From Dissulfurispiraceae bacterium (GTDB taxonomy: Bacteria > Nitrospirota > Thermodesulfovibrionia > Thermodesulfovibrionales > Dissulfurispiraceae): a stretch of 48,175 nucleotides of DNA. The stretch is taken from contig DATJOY010000066.1 in the NCBI GenBank assembly GCA_035506695.1, forward strand, positions 1-48,175, read 5' to 3'. The notes under the pieces were generated by a model, which saw nothing but the letters and a program-made list of their open reading frames with translations, had not been told where the DNA came from and did no database searches. Position 1 is the first letter of the stretch. The number at the start of each line of letters is the position of its first letter. Of this stretch, positions 8,602 to 17,636 are shown one piece after another. Both the position numbers and the translations under genes were made by a program.

Positions 8602-10659
8602 ATGAGCGAGAAAGTCGAAAAAGGAGTCGAAACATCAGAGGCCGAGATAGCGGTACATTGGGGTGAAGAAGAATTTTACAAGCCGTCGACAAAATTCATT
8701 GCCCAGGCAAATATGACCGATGAGACGATCTATGATCGTTTTTCATTGGAAAATTTCCCCAACTGTTTCAAGGAGTATGCTGACCTTTTAACTTGGTATA
8801 AGTATTGGGACGTAACCCTCGACACCAGCGATGCCCCTTGCTACAAGTGGTTCAAGGGCGGGTTGATCAATGCAAGTTACAACTGTGTCGATAGACATCT
8901 TGCAAAGAACAAGAACAAAACAGCTATCCACTTTGTTCCGGAGCTTGAGACTGACAAGGTCGAGCATGTCACCTATCAGGAGTTGTATGTGAGGGTGAAT
9001 GAGTTTGCCTCAATTCTCAAGAATGACTTGGGTCTGAAGGCTGGGGACAGGGTAACACTGCACCTGCCGATGGTAGCAGAGCTTCCCGTCACGATGCTTG
9101 CTTGTGCAAGACTCGGCGTCATCCACTCCCAGGTTTTCGGCGGATTCAGCGGCAAGGCGTGCGCTGACAGGATCGTCGATTCAGGAAGCGAATACCTGAT
9201 AACGATGGATGCGTATTTCAGGGCCGGTCAGATCCAGGACCATAAGGAAAAGGCGGATATTGCCGTTGCAGAGGCGGCAAAGGACGGACAGAAGATCAAA
9301 AAAGTCCTGGTATGGCAGCGTTATCCCGGCAAATATTCTGCCAAGACACCGATGGTAGAGGGTCGCGATGTCTTTGTCAATGACATGCTGAAAAAGCATT
9401 ATGGCGCAAGGATCGATCCGGTTCCGATGCCTGCTGAAGCACCGCTCTTCCTGATGTATACAAGCGGCACAACCGGAAAGCCCAAGGGAGCCCAGCACAG
9501 CACCGGCGGTTATCTTTCCTATGTAGCCGGGACATCGAAATACATTCAGGACATTCATCCTGAAGACGTATACTGGTGTATGGCCGACATCGGCTGGATC
9601 ACCGGTCATTCTTATATTGTGTATGGTCCGTTGGCATTATGTGCATCCAGTGTTATTTTCGAAGGCGTTCCTACATATCCGGATGCAGGCAGGGCCTGGA
9701 GGATTGCACAGGACCTGGATGTTAACATCTTCCATACCGCACCTACCACCATCAGGGCGCTGAGAAAGGTCGGTCCGGATGAGCCGGCGAAATACAATTA
9801 TCACTTCAAGCATATGACCACCGTGGGCGAGCCGATAGAGCCCGAAGTCTGGAGGTGGTATTACAACGATGTCGGCAAGAAAGAGGCAGCTATTGTTGAT
9901 ACGTGGTGGCAGACCGAAAACGGCGGATTCCTCTGTAGTACCATCCCCGCATTAAAGCCTATGAAACCGGGCAGTGCAGGCCCCGGCGTTCCCGGTATCC
10001 ATCCGATTATTTATGATAATGACGGAAATGTAGTCCCGGCAGGGTCAGGCAAAGCGGGAAATATCTGTATACAGAACCCATGGCCAGGCATGTTCCAGAC
10101 CATTTGGGGAGACCGCGACCGTTTTGTCAAGACCTATTTTGAAAGATACTGCAAAGATCCGAAGAGCAAGAGATGGCAGGATTGGCCCTATCTTACCGGT
10201 GATGCAGCGGTTATGGCAGCTGACGGGTATGTCCGCATCCTCGGCCGAATCGACGATGTTATCAACGTTTCCGGTCATAGGCTGGGGACCAAAGAGATTG
10301 AGTCAGCTGCGCTTACCCACCCTGATGTGGCAGAAGCAGCAGTTGTCCCTGTCAAGCATGAGGTCAAAGGCAAGGAACCCGATTTGTATGTTTCCCTGAA
10401 ACCGGGCAGAACGGCGAGCCCGGAAATCGCAAAGGCAGTATCACAGTGCATAGTCAAGGAAATCGGTGCAATCGCGAGACCAAGGAAGGTCTGGATCGTC
10501 CCTGACATGCCGAAAACCAGGTCGGGAAAGATCATGCGTCGCGTACTTGGCGCTATTTCCAACGGCACTGATGTAGGCGATGTCATGACACTTGCAAATC
10601 CTGAAATCGTCACTCTGATCACCGAGATGGTTCAGGGAGAAAGCAAGTTAGAGTTATAA
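8602..10659 (+). CDS. acs: Acetyl-CoA synthetase (AMP-forming), copy 1
   Basis: 685 aa. It has the AMP-binding motif YTSGTTGKPKG, the GWITGHSY motif, the C-terminal A10 motif PKTRSGKIMRR, and an Acs-type N-terminal region (FYKPSTKFIAQANM...WFKGGLINASYNCVDRHL). Confidence 0.95.
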   Translation: MSEKVEKGVETSEAEIAVHWGEEEFYKPSTKFIAQANMTDETIYDRFSLENFPNCFKEYADLLTWYKYWDVTLDTSDAPCYKWFKGGLINASYNCVDRHLAKNKNKTAIHFVPELETDKVEHVTYQELYVRVNEFASILKNDLGLKAGDRVTLHLPMVAELPVTMLACARLGVIHSQVFGGFSGKACADRIVDSGSEYLITMDAYFRAGQIQDHKEKADIAVAEAAKDGQKIKKVLVWQRYPGKYSAKTPMVEGRDVFVNDMLKKHYGARIDPVPMPAEAPLFLMYTSGTTGKPKGAQHSTGGYLSYVAGTSKYIQDIHPEDVYWCMADIGWITGHSYIVYGPLALCASSVIFEGVPTYPDAGRAWRIAQDLDVNIFHTAPTTIRALRKVGPDEPAKYNYHFKHMTTVGEPIEPEVWRWYYNDVGKKEAAIVDTWWQTENGGFLCSTIPALKPMKPGSAGPGVPGIHPIIYDNDGNVVPAGSGKAGNICIQNPWPGMFQTIWGDRDRFVKTYFERYCKDPKSKRWQDWPYLTGDAAVMAADGYVRILGRIDDVINVSGHRLGTKEIESAALTHPDVAEAAVVPVKHEVKGKEPDLYVSLKPGRTASPEIAKAVSQCIVKEIGAIARPRKVWIVPDMPKTRSGKIMRRVLGAISNGTDVGDVMTLANPEIVTLITEMVQGESKLEL

Positions 10660-10705
10660 AATCGTCAGATTGAGAATTAGCTGACCGTTTAAAACAGAGC
10701 AAGCG

Positions 10706-10732
10706 GGAGGGGGGCATGAAAGGCCCCCCTCC
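10706..10732 (+). other. GC-rich hairpin between the two acs copies (possible partial terminator or mRNA processing/stability element)
   Basis: GGAGGGGGGC (10706-10715) pairs perfectly with GCCCCCCTCC (10723-10732) across a 7-nt loop ATGAAAG. It is followed only by TGTTATGT, which is a weak U-tract. Confidence 0.4.
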
Positions 10733-10783
10733 TGTTATGTACAATACTGCGAAAAGGGGTAATCCTTGAGGAGGAGAAGATAG

Positions 10784-12844
10784 ATGAGCGAAAAAAACAA
10801 AAAAGAAAGCGTTGAAACCAGCGAAGCTGAAATTGCAGTGCATTGGGGTGAAGAACAATATTTCTACCCATCGGTTAAATTCGTCGCCCAGGCCAACATG
10901 ACCGATGAAAAGATTTATGACAGGATGTCCCTGGACAAATGTCCGGAGTACTGGAAGGAGTATGCCGATCTCCTGACATGGTACAAATACTGGGATACGA
11001 CACTCGATACCAGCGATGCCCCATGTTACAATTTTTTCAAGGGCGGGCTGATCAACGCCAGTTACAACTGCATAGACAGGCACCTGGCCAAGAGCAAGAA
11101 CAAAACAGCGATCCATTTTGTACCTGAACTCGAAAATGAAAAGGTAGAGCACGTCACCTATCAGGAGTTGTACGTAAGGGTGAACGAGTTTGCTGCGATA
11201 CTCAAGAATGAATGCGGCCTCAAGGCCGGAGATAGAGTGACACTCCATATGCCTATGGTTGCAGAGCTCCCCATCACGATGCTCGCATGCGCCAGGCTCG
11301 GCATAATCCACTCCCAGGTTTTTGGCGGATTCAGCGGCAAGGCATGCTCGGACAGGATCGTTGACTCAGGAAGCGATTACCTGATAACGATGGATGCATA
11401 TTACAGGGGTGGTTCCCTAATTGATCACAAAGAAAAGGCTGACACGGCTGTAGCCGAAGCTGCAAAAGAAGGCAGGAAAGTCAAGAAGGTCCTCATCTGG
11501 CAGCGTTATCCCGGAAAATATTCAGCGAAGACCCCGATGGTCGAGGGCCGCGATGTTTTCGTAAATGAACTACTGAAAAAATATTACGGAGTCAGGATCG
11601 AACCTGTGCCGATGCTTGCCGAAGCACCGCTCTTCCTGATGTACACCAGCGGCACGACCGGAAAGCCGAAGGGCTGCCAGCACAATACCGGCGGCTATCT
11701 CGCCTATGTAGCCGGAACCTCCAAGTATGTCCAGGATATCCATCCTGAAGATGTGTACTGGTGTATGGCCGACATCGGATGGATCACCGGCCATTCATAC
11801 ATCGTTTACGGGCCGCTTGCTATATGCGCGTCCTCCGTTATTTACGAAGGCATCCCGACCTATCCTGATGCCGGCAGGTGCTGGAGGATAGCCCAGGACC
11901 TCGATGTCAACATTTTCCATACGGCACCTACTGCTATCAGGGCACTTAGAAAGGTCGGGCCGGATGAGCCTAAGAAGTATAACTACCACTTCAAGCATAT
12001 GACCACCGTCGGAGAGCCGATAGAGCCCGAGGTCTGGAAGTGGTATTATCACGAGGTCGGTAAAAACGAGGCGATCATTGTTGACACGTGGTGGCAGACC
12101 GAGACCGGCGGCTTCCTCTGCAGCACGCTTCCTGCTCTGAAACCGATGAAGCCCGGCAGCGCGGGCCCGGGCATGCCCGGCATACACCCGATAGTCTTTG
12201 ACGAGGATGGAAATACCGTCCCTAACGGCTCCGGCAAGGCCGGCAATATCTGCATACAGAACCCGTGGCCCGGCATGTTCCATACCATCTGGGGAGACCG
12301 CGACCGTTTCGTCAGGCAATATTTTGATAAGTACTGCAAAAACCCCAAGAGCAAGGACTGGCGGGATTGGCCTTACCTTACCGGTGATGCCGCGGTTGTT
12401 GCAGAGGACGGCTATGTCCGTATCCTGGGCAGGATCGATGATGTCATCAACGTGTCGGGCCACAGGCTTGGGACCAAGGAAATCGAGTCAGCGGCTATGA
12501 CCGTTTGGGAAGTCGCAGAAGCAGCGGTTGTTCCTGTGAAACATGAGGTGAAAGGCAAAGAGCCCGATCTGTATGTTGCATTGAGGCCGGGCATCCAGCC
12601 CAGCGATGAACTTGCCAAAAAAATAATGCAGGCTATTGTCACCGAGATCGGCGCTATTGCCCGGCCGAGAAAGGTCTGGATTGTCCCAGATATGCCGAAA
12701 ACCCGCTCAGGAAAGATCATGCGCAGGGTCCTGGGTGCCATTTCAAACGGCTCTGATGTCGGAGACGTTATGACACTGGCAAATCCTGAAATCGTAGAAG
12801 CTATTACCAAGATGGTGCAGGGAGAAGGCAAGGTTGAATTTTAG
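10784..12844 (+). CDS. acs: Acetyl-CoA synthetase (AMP-forming), copy 2 (tandem paralog)
   Basis: 686 aa and colinear with copy 1 over its full length, with the same YTSGTTGKPKG and PKTRSGKIMRR motifs. Even the SD/start context (GAGGAGGAGAAG-N4-ATGAGCGA) is shared with copy 1. Confidence 0.95.
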   Translation: MSEKNKKESVETSEAEIAVHWGEEQYFYPSVKFVAQANMTDEKIYDRMSLDKCPEYWKEYADLLTWYKYWDTTLDTSDAPCYNFFKGGLINASYNCIDRHLAKSKNKTAIHFVPELENEKVEHVTYQELYVRVNEFAAILKNECGLKAGDRVTLHMPMVAELPITMLACARLGIIHSQVFGGFSGKACSDRIVDSGSDYLITMDAYYRGGSLIDHKEKADTAVAEAAKEGRKVKKVLIWQRYPGKYSAKTPMVEGRDVFVNELLKKYYGVRIEPVPMLAEAPLFLMYTSGTTGKPKGCQHNTGGYLAYVAGTSKYVQDIHPEDVYWCMADIGWITGHSYIVYGPLAICASSVIYEGIPTYPDAGRCWRIAQDLDVNIFHTAPTAIRALRKVGPDEPKKYNYHFKHMTTVGEPIEPEVWKWYYHEVGKNEAIIVDTWWQTETGGFLCSTLPALKPMKPGSAGPGMPGIHPIVFDEDGNTVPNGSGKAGNICIQNPWPGMFHTIWGDRDRFVRQYFDKYCKNPKSKDWRDWPYLTGDAAVVAEDGYVRILGRIDDVINVSGHRLGTKEIESAAMTVWEVAEAAVVPVKHEVKGKEPDLYVALRPGIQPSDELAKKIMQAIVTEIGAIARPRKVWIVPDMPKTRSGKIMRRVLGAISNGSDVGDVMTLANPEIVEAITKMVQGEGKVEF

Positions 12845-12880
12845 TGCCTTGAACTGATTCTTCGCAACTGTAAAAGATGA

Positions 12881-12916
12881 AGGGACTGGAAAGTTTGCCA
12901 GTCCCTTTCTTTTTTT
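12881..12916 (+). terminator. Rho-independent terminator after acs copy 2
   Basis: AGGGACTGG (12881-12889) pairs with CCAGTCCCT (12898-12906) across an 8-nt loop, followed by TTCTTTTTTT. Confidence 0.8.
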
Positions 12917-12974
12917 CAAATATGTGTAAAAATATTCAGAAGATTAAGTTATATTACTATAAGGGATGAATTAA

Positions 12975-13931
12975 ATGAGAAGAACCGGGTTTCTTTATGA
13001 CGAACGTTTTTTGCTCCATCGCACGGGACCCGAGCATCCCGAATCTCCGGAAAGACTCATTGCAATCCACAGTGGGGTTGTTCAGGCAGGGCTGCTGCCG
13101 AAGTTAATGACTGTCAACGCTGTCCGGGCAAAGCAGGAATGGATCGAAGCGGTCCATAGCATGAAACTGATCATGCGTTTCGAGGAGGCATGCATGTGGG
13201 GAATGGACATGCTTGACCATCCCGATAACCGGATCAGCAGGGAAACGTTTGAAACCGCCATGCTTGCAGCAGGTGGAATACTTGATACCGTTGATCGCGT
13301 CATGAGGGGTGAGATAGACAATGCCTTTTGCGCAGTAAGACCACCGGGACATCATGCAGAGGTCAACAGGGTCATGGGTTTCTGTTTCTTCAATAATATC
13401 GCCATTACGGCCCGATACCTGCAAGAGAAGTGGGGCATTCAGAGGATAGGCATTGTTGATTTCGACGTTCATCACGGTAACGGCACACAGCTGATTTTTT
13501 ATGACGATCCTTCTGTCTTTTTCTATTCCATTCATGAGCATCCTTCGTTTGCATATCCCGGCACGGGCAGGGAATTTGAAAAGGGTTCCGGTCGCGGACT
13601 CGGGTTCACCCTGAATTCAACGGTGTTGCCGGGGCAGGGAGACAAGGAATATAAGGAGTTGCTTCAACGAGACCTTTTTCCTGCATTTGAAAAGTTCAAG
13701 CCTGAAGTAATTCTTGTATCGGCAGGTTTCGATGCGCATATTGATGACGATATGTCCGACATAAATCTTTCAACCGGATGTTTTTCCTGGATAATGGAAA
13801 ATATTGTTGAAATGGCTGAGAGCTATTCTCAAGGGCGGCTTATATCGATTCTCGAAGGCGGTTACTGCATCAACCGCCTTCCTGAACTGATAAAAAACCA
13901 TATCGAAATATTGCTCGGCAGCAAGGCCTGA
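12975..13931 (+). CDS. Histone-deacetylase-family protein (AcuC-like lysine deacetylase / acetoin utilisation family)
   Basis: 318 aa with the RPPGHHA, DFDVHHGNGTQ and ILEGGYC motifs of Zn-dependent class I/II HDAC-type deacetylases. Confidence 0.85.
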   Translation: MRRTGFLYDERFLLHRTGPEHPESPERLIAIHSGVVQAGLLPKLMTVNAVRAKQEWIEAVHSMKLIMRFEEACMWGMDMLDHPDNRISRETFETAMLAAGGILDTVDRVMRGEIDNAFCAVRPPGHHAEVNRVMGFCFFNNIAITARYLQEKWGIQRIGIVDFDVHHGNGTQLIFYDDPSVFFYSIHEHPSFAYPGTGREFEKGSGRGLGFTLNSTVLPGQGDKEYKELLQRDLFPAFEKFKPEVILVSAGFDAHIDDDMSDINLSTGCFSWIMENIVEMAESYSQGRLISILEGGYCINRLPELIKNHIEILLGSKA

Positions 13932-13942
13932 AAGGGGGAAAG

Positions 13943-14614
13943 ATGTTTATCACCAAATCGATGACGAGGGTCGTAATTACTATCGGACCGGAGGCTACTG
14001 TTCTTGAGGCCCGGGCCAAGATGGACGAACATCGCGTAAGGCATTTGCCCGTTGTGAAGGAAGACGGTACCCTGACCGGTATCATTACCGACCGCGATAT
14101 ACGGAGCGCCATGCCTTCGGTATTCTCCACGAAGGAAGACCTTAAAGAAAGGGACAAGATATCAGGACTGAAGGTCATCGATGTGATGACAAAGAATCCC
14201 ATCACCATATCGTGCATGGATACCCTTGAGGATGCGATCCTGCTAATGCACAGGACCCGTAAGGGTGCCTTGCCGGTTGTGGACGAACAGGGAAAGGTCA
14301 TAGGCATCATCTCGAACCGGGACCTGATGCGGGCTTTCATAAATGTGCTGGGACTTGAGGAGCCCGGGACATTGCTCTGCATTGAGGTGGAGGACAAACT
14401 CGGGCAAATGAAAAAGATCGTGGATGCTATCAGCGAGGAGAAAATATCCTTCGGCAGCATCCTCGTGGCCAGACACTGGGAAGAGGGGAAGCGGGCCATT
14501 TTCCCATATCTTTTGACGAATAATGTAGTCAAGATAAAAAAGAAATTTGAGACAATGGGATATAAATTGATCAATCCTATGGAGTGGTCCCTGGACCAGA
14601 TAACAAAGGATTGA
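13943..14614 (+). CDS. CBS-pair protein with C-terminal ACT-like region (AcuB-like)
   Basis: 223 aa. It has two CBS motifs (MTRVVITIGPEATVLEARAKMDEHRVRHLPVV...ITDRDI; VMTKNPITISCMDTLEDAILLMHRTRKGALPVVDEQGKVIGIISNRDL) followed by a C-terminal region of about 80 aa. This matches the architecture of Bacillus AcuB. Confidence 0.7.
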   Translation: MFITKSMTRVVITIGPEATVLEARAKMDEHRVRHLPVVKEDGTLTGIITDRDIRSAMPSVFSTKEDLKERDKISGLKVIDVMTKNPITISCMDTLEDAILLMHRTRKGALPVVDEQGKVIGIISNRDLMRAFINVLGLEEPGTLLCIEVEDKLGQMKKIVDAISEEKISFGSILVARHWEEGKRAIFPYLLTNNVVKIKKKFETMGYKLINPMEWSLDQITKD

Positions 14615-14681
14615 GTTGCCACAACTTTACTTGGAATTATAATTATCATTTAACAATAAATATTCCCAGGGAGAAAAGATT

Positions 14682-17384
14682 ATGTCCATCAAGAACCTCG
14701 ATTTCTTCTTCAATCCCAAAAGGATCGCTGTACTCGGTGCAAGTGAAGACCCGAGGGTCATGGGGTGCTCCATTTTCGGCAACCTTATCGGCAAGGGATA
14801 TAAGGGGGCTGTTTATCCGGTGAACGGACGCGTGGATTCAGTCCAGGGAGTTGAGGCATATCGCACGATTACTGACATTGAGCGCGACATCGACCTGGCC
14901 ATCCTCGCCGACGGGCCCGAAGTACTGCTCGATCAGCTCGAACAATGCGGCCAGAAGGGGGTTAAAGGCGTCATAATTTTGTGTCCGGATTTCCATTTCC
15001 GGGCAACTGATCCACAGCAAATGGAGGCAAAGATCAGGGGCCTCTCCGGAAAGTACGGCTTCAGAATCCTGGGTCCCAATTCTCTGGGCTTTATCAGGCC
15101 GGGCAAGGGGATCAATGCGAGTATCTTCCCGAAGATGCCGCCGAAGGGCAATATCGCCTGCATCGCGCAAGGTTCCACCTTAGGCTTATCCCTTCTGGAC
15201 CGGGCTGTAAGCAAGAAGGTTGGGTTCAGTTATTTCGTTTCGCTGGGCTCTAAATTCGATATCGACTTTGCTGATATGATCGACTTCCTCGGCGTAGACC
15301 CTGAAACCCGCGCAATAATTCTTTATGTGGAATCCCTCTGGAACGGTCGCAAATTTATGACGGCGGTGCGTTCATATTCATATAATAAACCTATAGTAGT
15401 ATTTAAATCAGGGAAATATGAGGAATCCGCACATGTAGCACTCACACATTCCGGCAGGCTTGCGGGAGAGGACATTGCCTATGAGGCCGCATTCAACAGG
15501 GCCGGCGCGGTAAGAGCAGATGACATGCTCGACCTTTTCTATCTGGCTGAAACACTTTCAAAACAGGCAAGGCCCAAAGGAAACCGTCTCGCAATCGTAT
15601 CAAATGCAGGAGGCCCCGCAGTGATAGCGGTCGATACTCTTTTAAAGCAGGGAGGCGTTCTGGCCCCGCTCGGCCCTGAAACAATAGAGTCGCTTAAGAG
15701 TGTTCTGCCCCAGTCGAAAAGGCTTATCCAAAACCCGGTTGACCTGCTTTCAGATGCGTCTCCGCAGCAGTTTGAAACTGCCATTTCGAGTTGCCTGAAG
15801 GACAAAGACGTCGACGGAGTTCTTGTTATCCAGACGCCTTCTTTCGGTGCCAAGCCGAACGAAACCGCCGAAATGGTGGCCGCGGCCTCAAAAGCTAATC
15901 CTTACAAACCGATATTCACCTCCTGGATGGGTGAGGAGTCTGTCTCTGTAGCACGTGAAATACTCAATGAAAGGAAAATCCCGACATTCGTCACTCCGGA
16001 ACAGGCGGCAAGAAATTTCATCTATATGTACCGGTACGATGACAATCTCAGATTGCTGCTGGAAACTCCCGAGGATTTTTTGAAGGATTTTTTCCCGGAA
16101 AAAGGCAAGGTTGTATCGATAATAAAGGATGCTTCTCAAAGGCGTAAGCTGCTCCTCAGTCTGCATGAAGCAAAAGAGATTCTCTCTGCATACGGCATTC
16201 CGGTGATACGTACTGAAAAAGCTTCTGTCGAGTCCGAGGCGCTCAGAATTTCTGATGAGATCGGATACCCGGTAGTGCTTAAAATAGATTCACCCAAGAT
16301 ATTCCACAGACTGAAGGAAGGCGGTGTCATCCTCAACATCAAGGACAGAGACTCCGTTTCCGATGCATTTAAGAGACTGCGACAGGTCGCTGAGGCTGCA
16401 GGAGACCCCGATGCCCCGGTCCTTGTGCAGCCCATGATCATCAAACATGGATTCGAGGTTGTGATCGGCGCAAAGAAAGACCCGACCTTCGGCGCTGTGA
16501 TACTTTTCGGGACAGGCGGGGAACTCCTGAGTGCGCTCGAAGATTATGCTGTTGCCCTGCCGCCGCTTAACCAGGCATTGGCAAGACACATGATGAGGCA
16601 GACCAAAATATACAGATACCTTCAGGGGCTCCCAAATTATGCCGATATACTGAAACATCTGGAGGAGATGGTGGTCAGATTTTCGCAGCTGATAGTTGAT
16701 TTCCATCACATCAAGGAAGTCGATATAAATCCCTTTTTTATCACCGAAAGCGGCAGCTTCGCACTTGACGCGGGTATCCTCCTGGAAGATGAGATTCTTG
16801 ACGGATTTGTACAACCCGAAGGAGAACTCTGCCCGCCTCACCTGTCAATATGTCCTTATCCGAGAAAGTTCGCTACCGAAATTACCCTGAAGAATGGCGC
16901 CCATGCCATCATACGGCCGATACGGCCTGAAGACGAACCCATGATTGCAGAACTCTTCGACAGCTTCTCGGAACAGACTATAGTATTGCGCTTTTTCCAG
17001 AGGTTCCCCCATCTCTCACACGAGCAGCTTGTGCGGTATTGCCAGATCGATTACGACCGGGAGCTTGCCCTCGTATGTGTTGTTGAAGATGAAGGGCAGG
17101 AAAAAATAATAGGCGACGTTCGAATGATAAAGCAGGCCGATATGGAAATGGCCGATATGGCGATAATGGTATCCGACAAGTGGCAGGGCCTGGGAGTAGG
17201 CATTGCTCTGTCAACACACTGCATGAAGGTAGCAAAAGATGCCGGGATAAGGCGGGTATTCATGGACATACTGAAGATAAATACTTATATGCTCAACCTG
17301 TCCAAGCGCCTCGGATTCAAGAGGACTGAATCCTACGACGATTATGTCGAGGTCAGATACGAAATGAACGGAGAGAAATCATAG
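14682..17384 (+). CDS. pat: Pat-type protein lysine acetyltransferase (NDP-forming acyl-CoA synthetase-like domains + C-terminal GNAT)
   Basis: 900 aa. The N-terminal CoA-binding region (PKRIAVLGAS...VYPVNG), a THSGRLAG segment, an ATP-grasp-like middle region and a C-terminal GNAT (RPIRPEDEPMIAELF...VSDKWQGLGVGIAL) match the Pat/YfiQ architecture. Confidence 0.85.
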   Translation: MSIKNLDFFFNPKRIAVLGASEDPRVMGCSIFGNLIGKGYKGAVYPVNGRVDSVQGVEAYRTITDIERDIDLAILADGPEVLLDQLEQCGQKGVKGVIILCPDFHFRATDPQQMEAKIRGLSGKYGFRILGPNSLGFIRPGKGINASIFPKMPPKGNIACIAQGSTLGLSLLDRAVSKKVGFSYFVSLGSKFDIDFADMIDFLGVDPETRAIILYVESLWNGRKFMTAVRSYSYNKPIVVFKSGKYEESAHVALTHSGRLAGEDIAYEAAFNRAGAVRADDMLDLFYLAETLSKQARPKGNRLAIVSNAGGPAVIAVDTLLKQGGVLAPLGPETIESLKSVLPQSKRLIQNPVDLLSDASPQQFETAISSCLKDKDVDGVLVIQTPSFGAKPNETAEMVAAASKANPYKPIFTSWMGEESVSVAREILNERKIPTFVTPEQAARNFIYMYRYDDNLRLLLETPEDFLKDFFPEKGKVVSIIKDASQRRKLLLSLHEAKEILSAYGIPVIRTEKASVESEALRISDEIGYPVVLKIDSPKIFHRLKEGGVILNIKDRDSVSDAFKRLRQVAEAAGDPDAPVLVQPMIIKHGFEVVIGAKKDPTFGAVILFGTGGELLSALEDYAVALPPLNQALARHMMRQTKIYRYLQGLPNYADILKHLEEMVVRFSQLIVDFHHIKEVDINPFFITESGSFALDAGILLEDEILDGFVQPEGELCPPHLSICPYPRKFATEITLKNGAHAIIRPIRPEDEPMIAELFDSFSEQTIVLRFFQRFPHLSHEQLVRYCQIDYDRELALVCVVEDEGQEKIIGDVRMIKQADMEMADMAIMVSDKWQGLGVGIALSTHCMKVAKDAGIRRVFMDILKINTYMLNLSKRLGFKRTESYDDYVEVRYEMNGEKS

Positions 17385-17636
17385 CCTATATTATTCTTAA
17401 AATCAGGCATGGCTTCCCTGAAGAGTTCGAATCGAAGCACGCTGTCTGGGTTCTCAGGGCAACCGAGCAGATACAGCATTTTATTAATTAAGCAGACTGT
17501 TGATTTCATGATCAAATGCGCTGGAATCACACAAGGACTAATTCAGTACGCGAGAGGCGAATACTTCAGGGAAGCCAGATTGATAGCGACAACGACACCA
17601 CGACACGATTCGTCCCTCTCTCTGTGATCCGTGAAC

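Noticed and set aside
17421-17436. GAGTTCGAATCGAAG, which resembles a tRNA T-loop (GTTCGAATC)
   Set aside because: The flanking bases cannot form a 5-bp T-stem (AAGAG versus CGAAG). I could not build an acceptor, D or anticodon arm around it, so it is not a tRNA.
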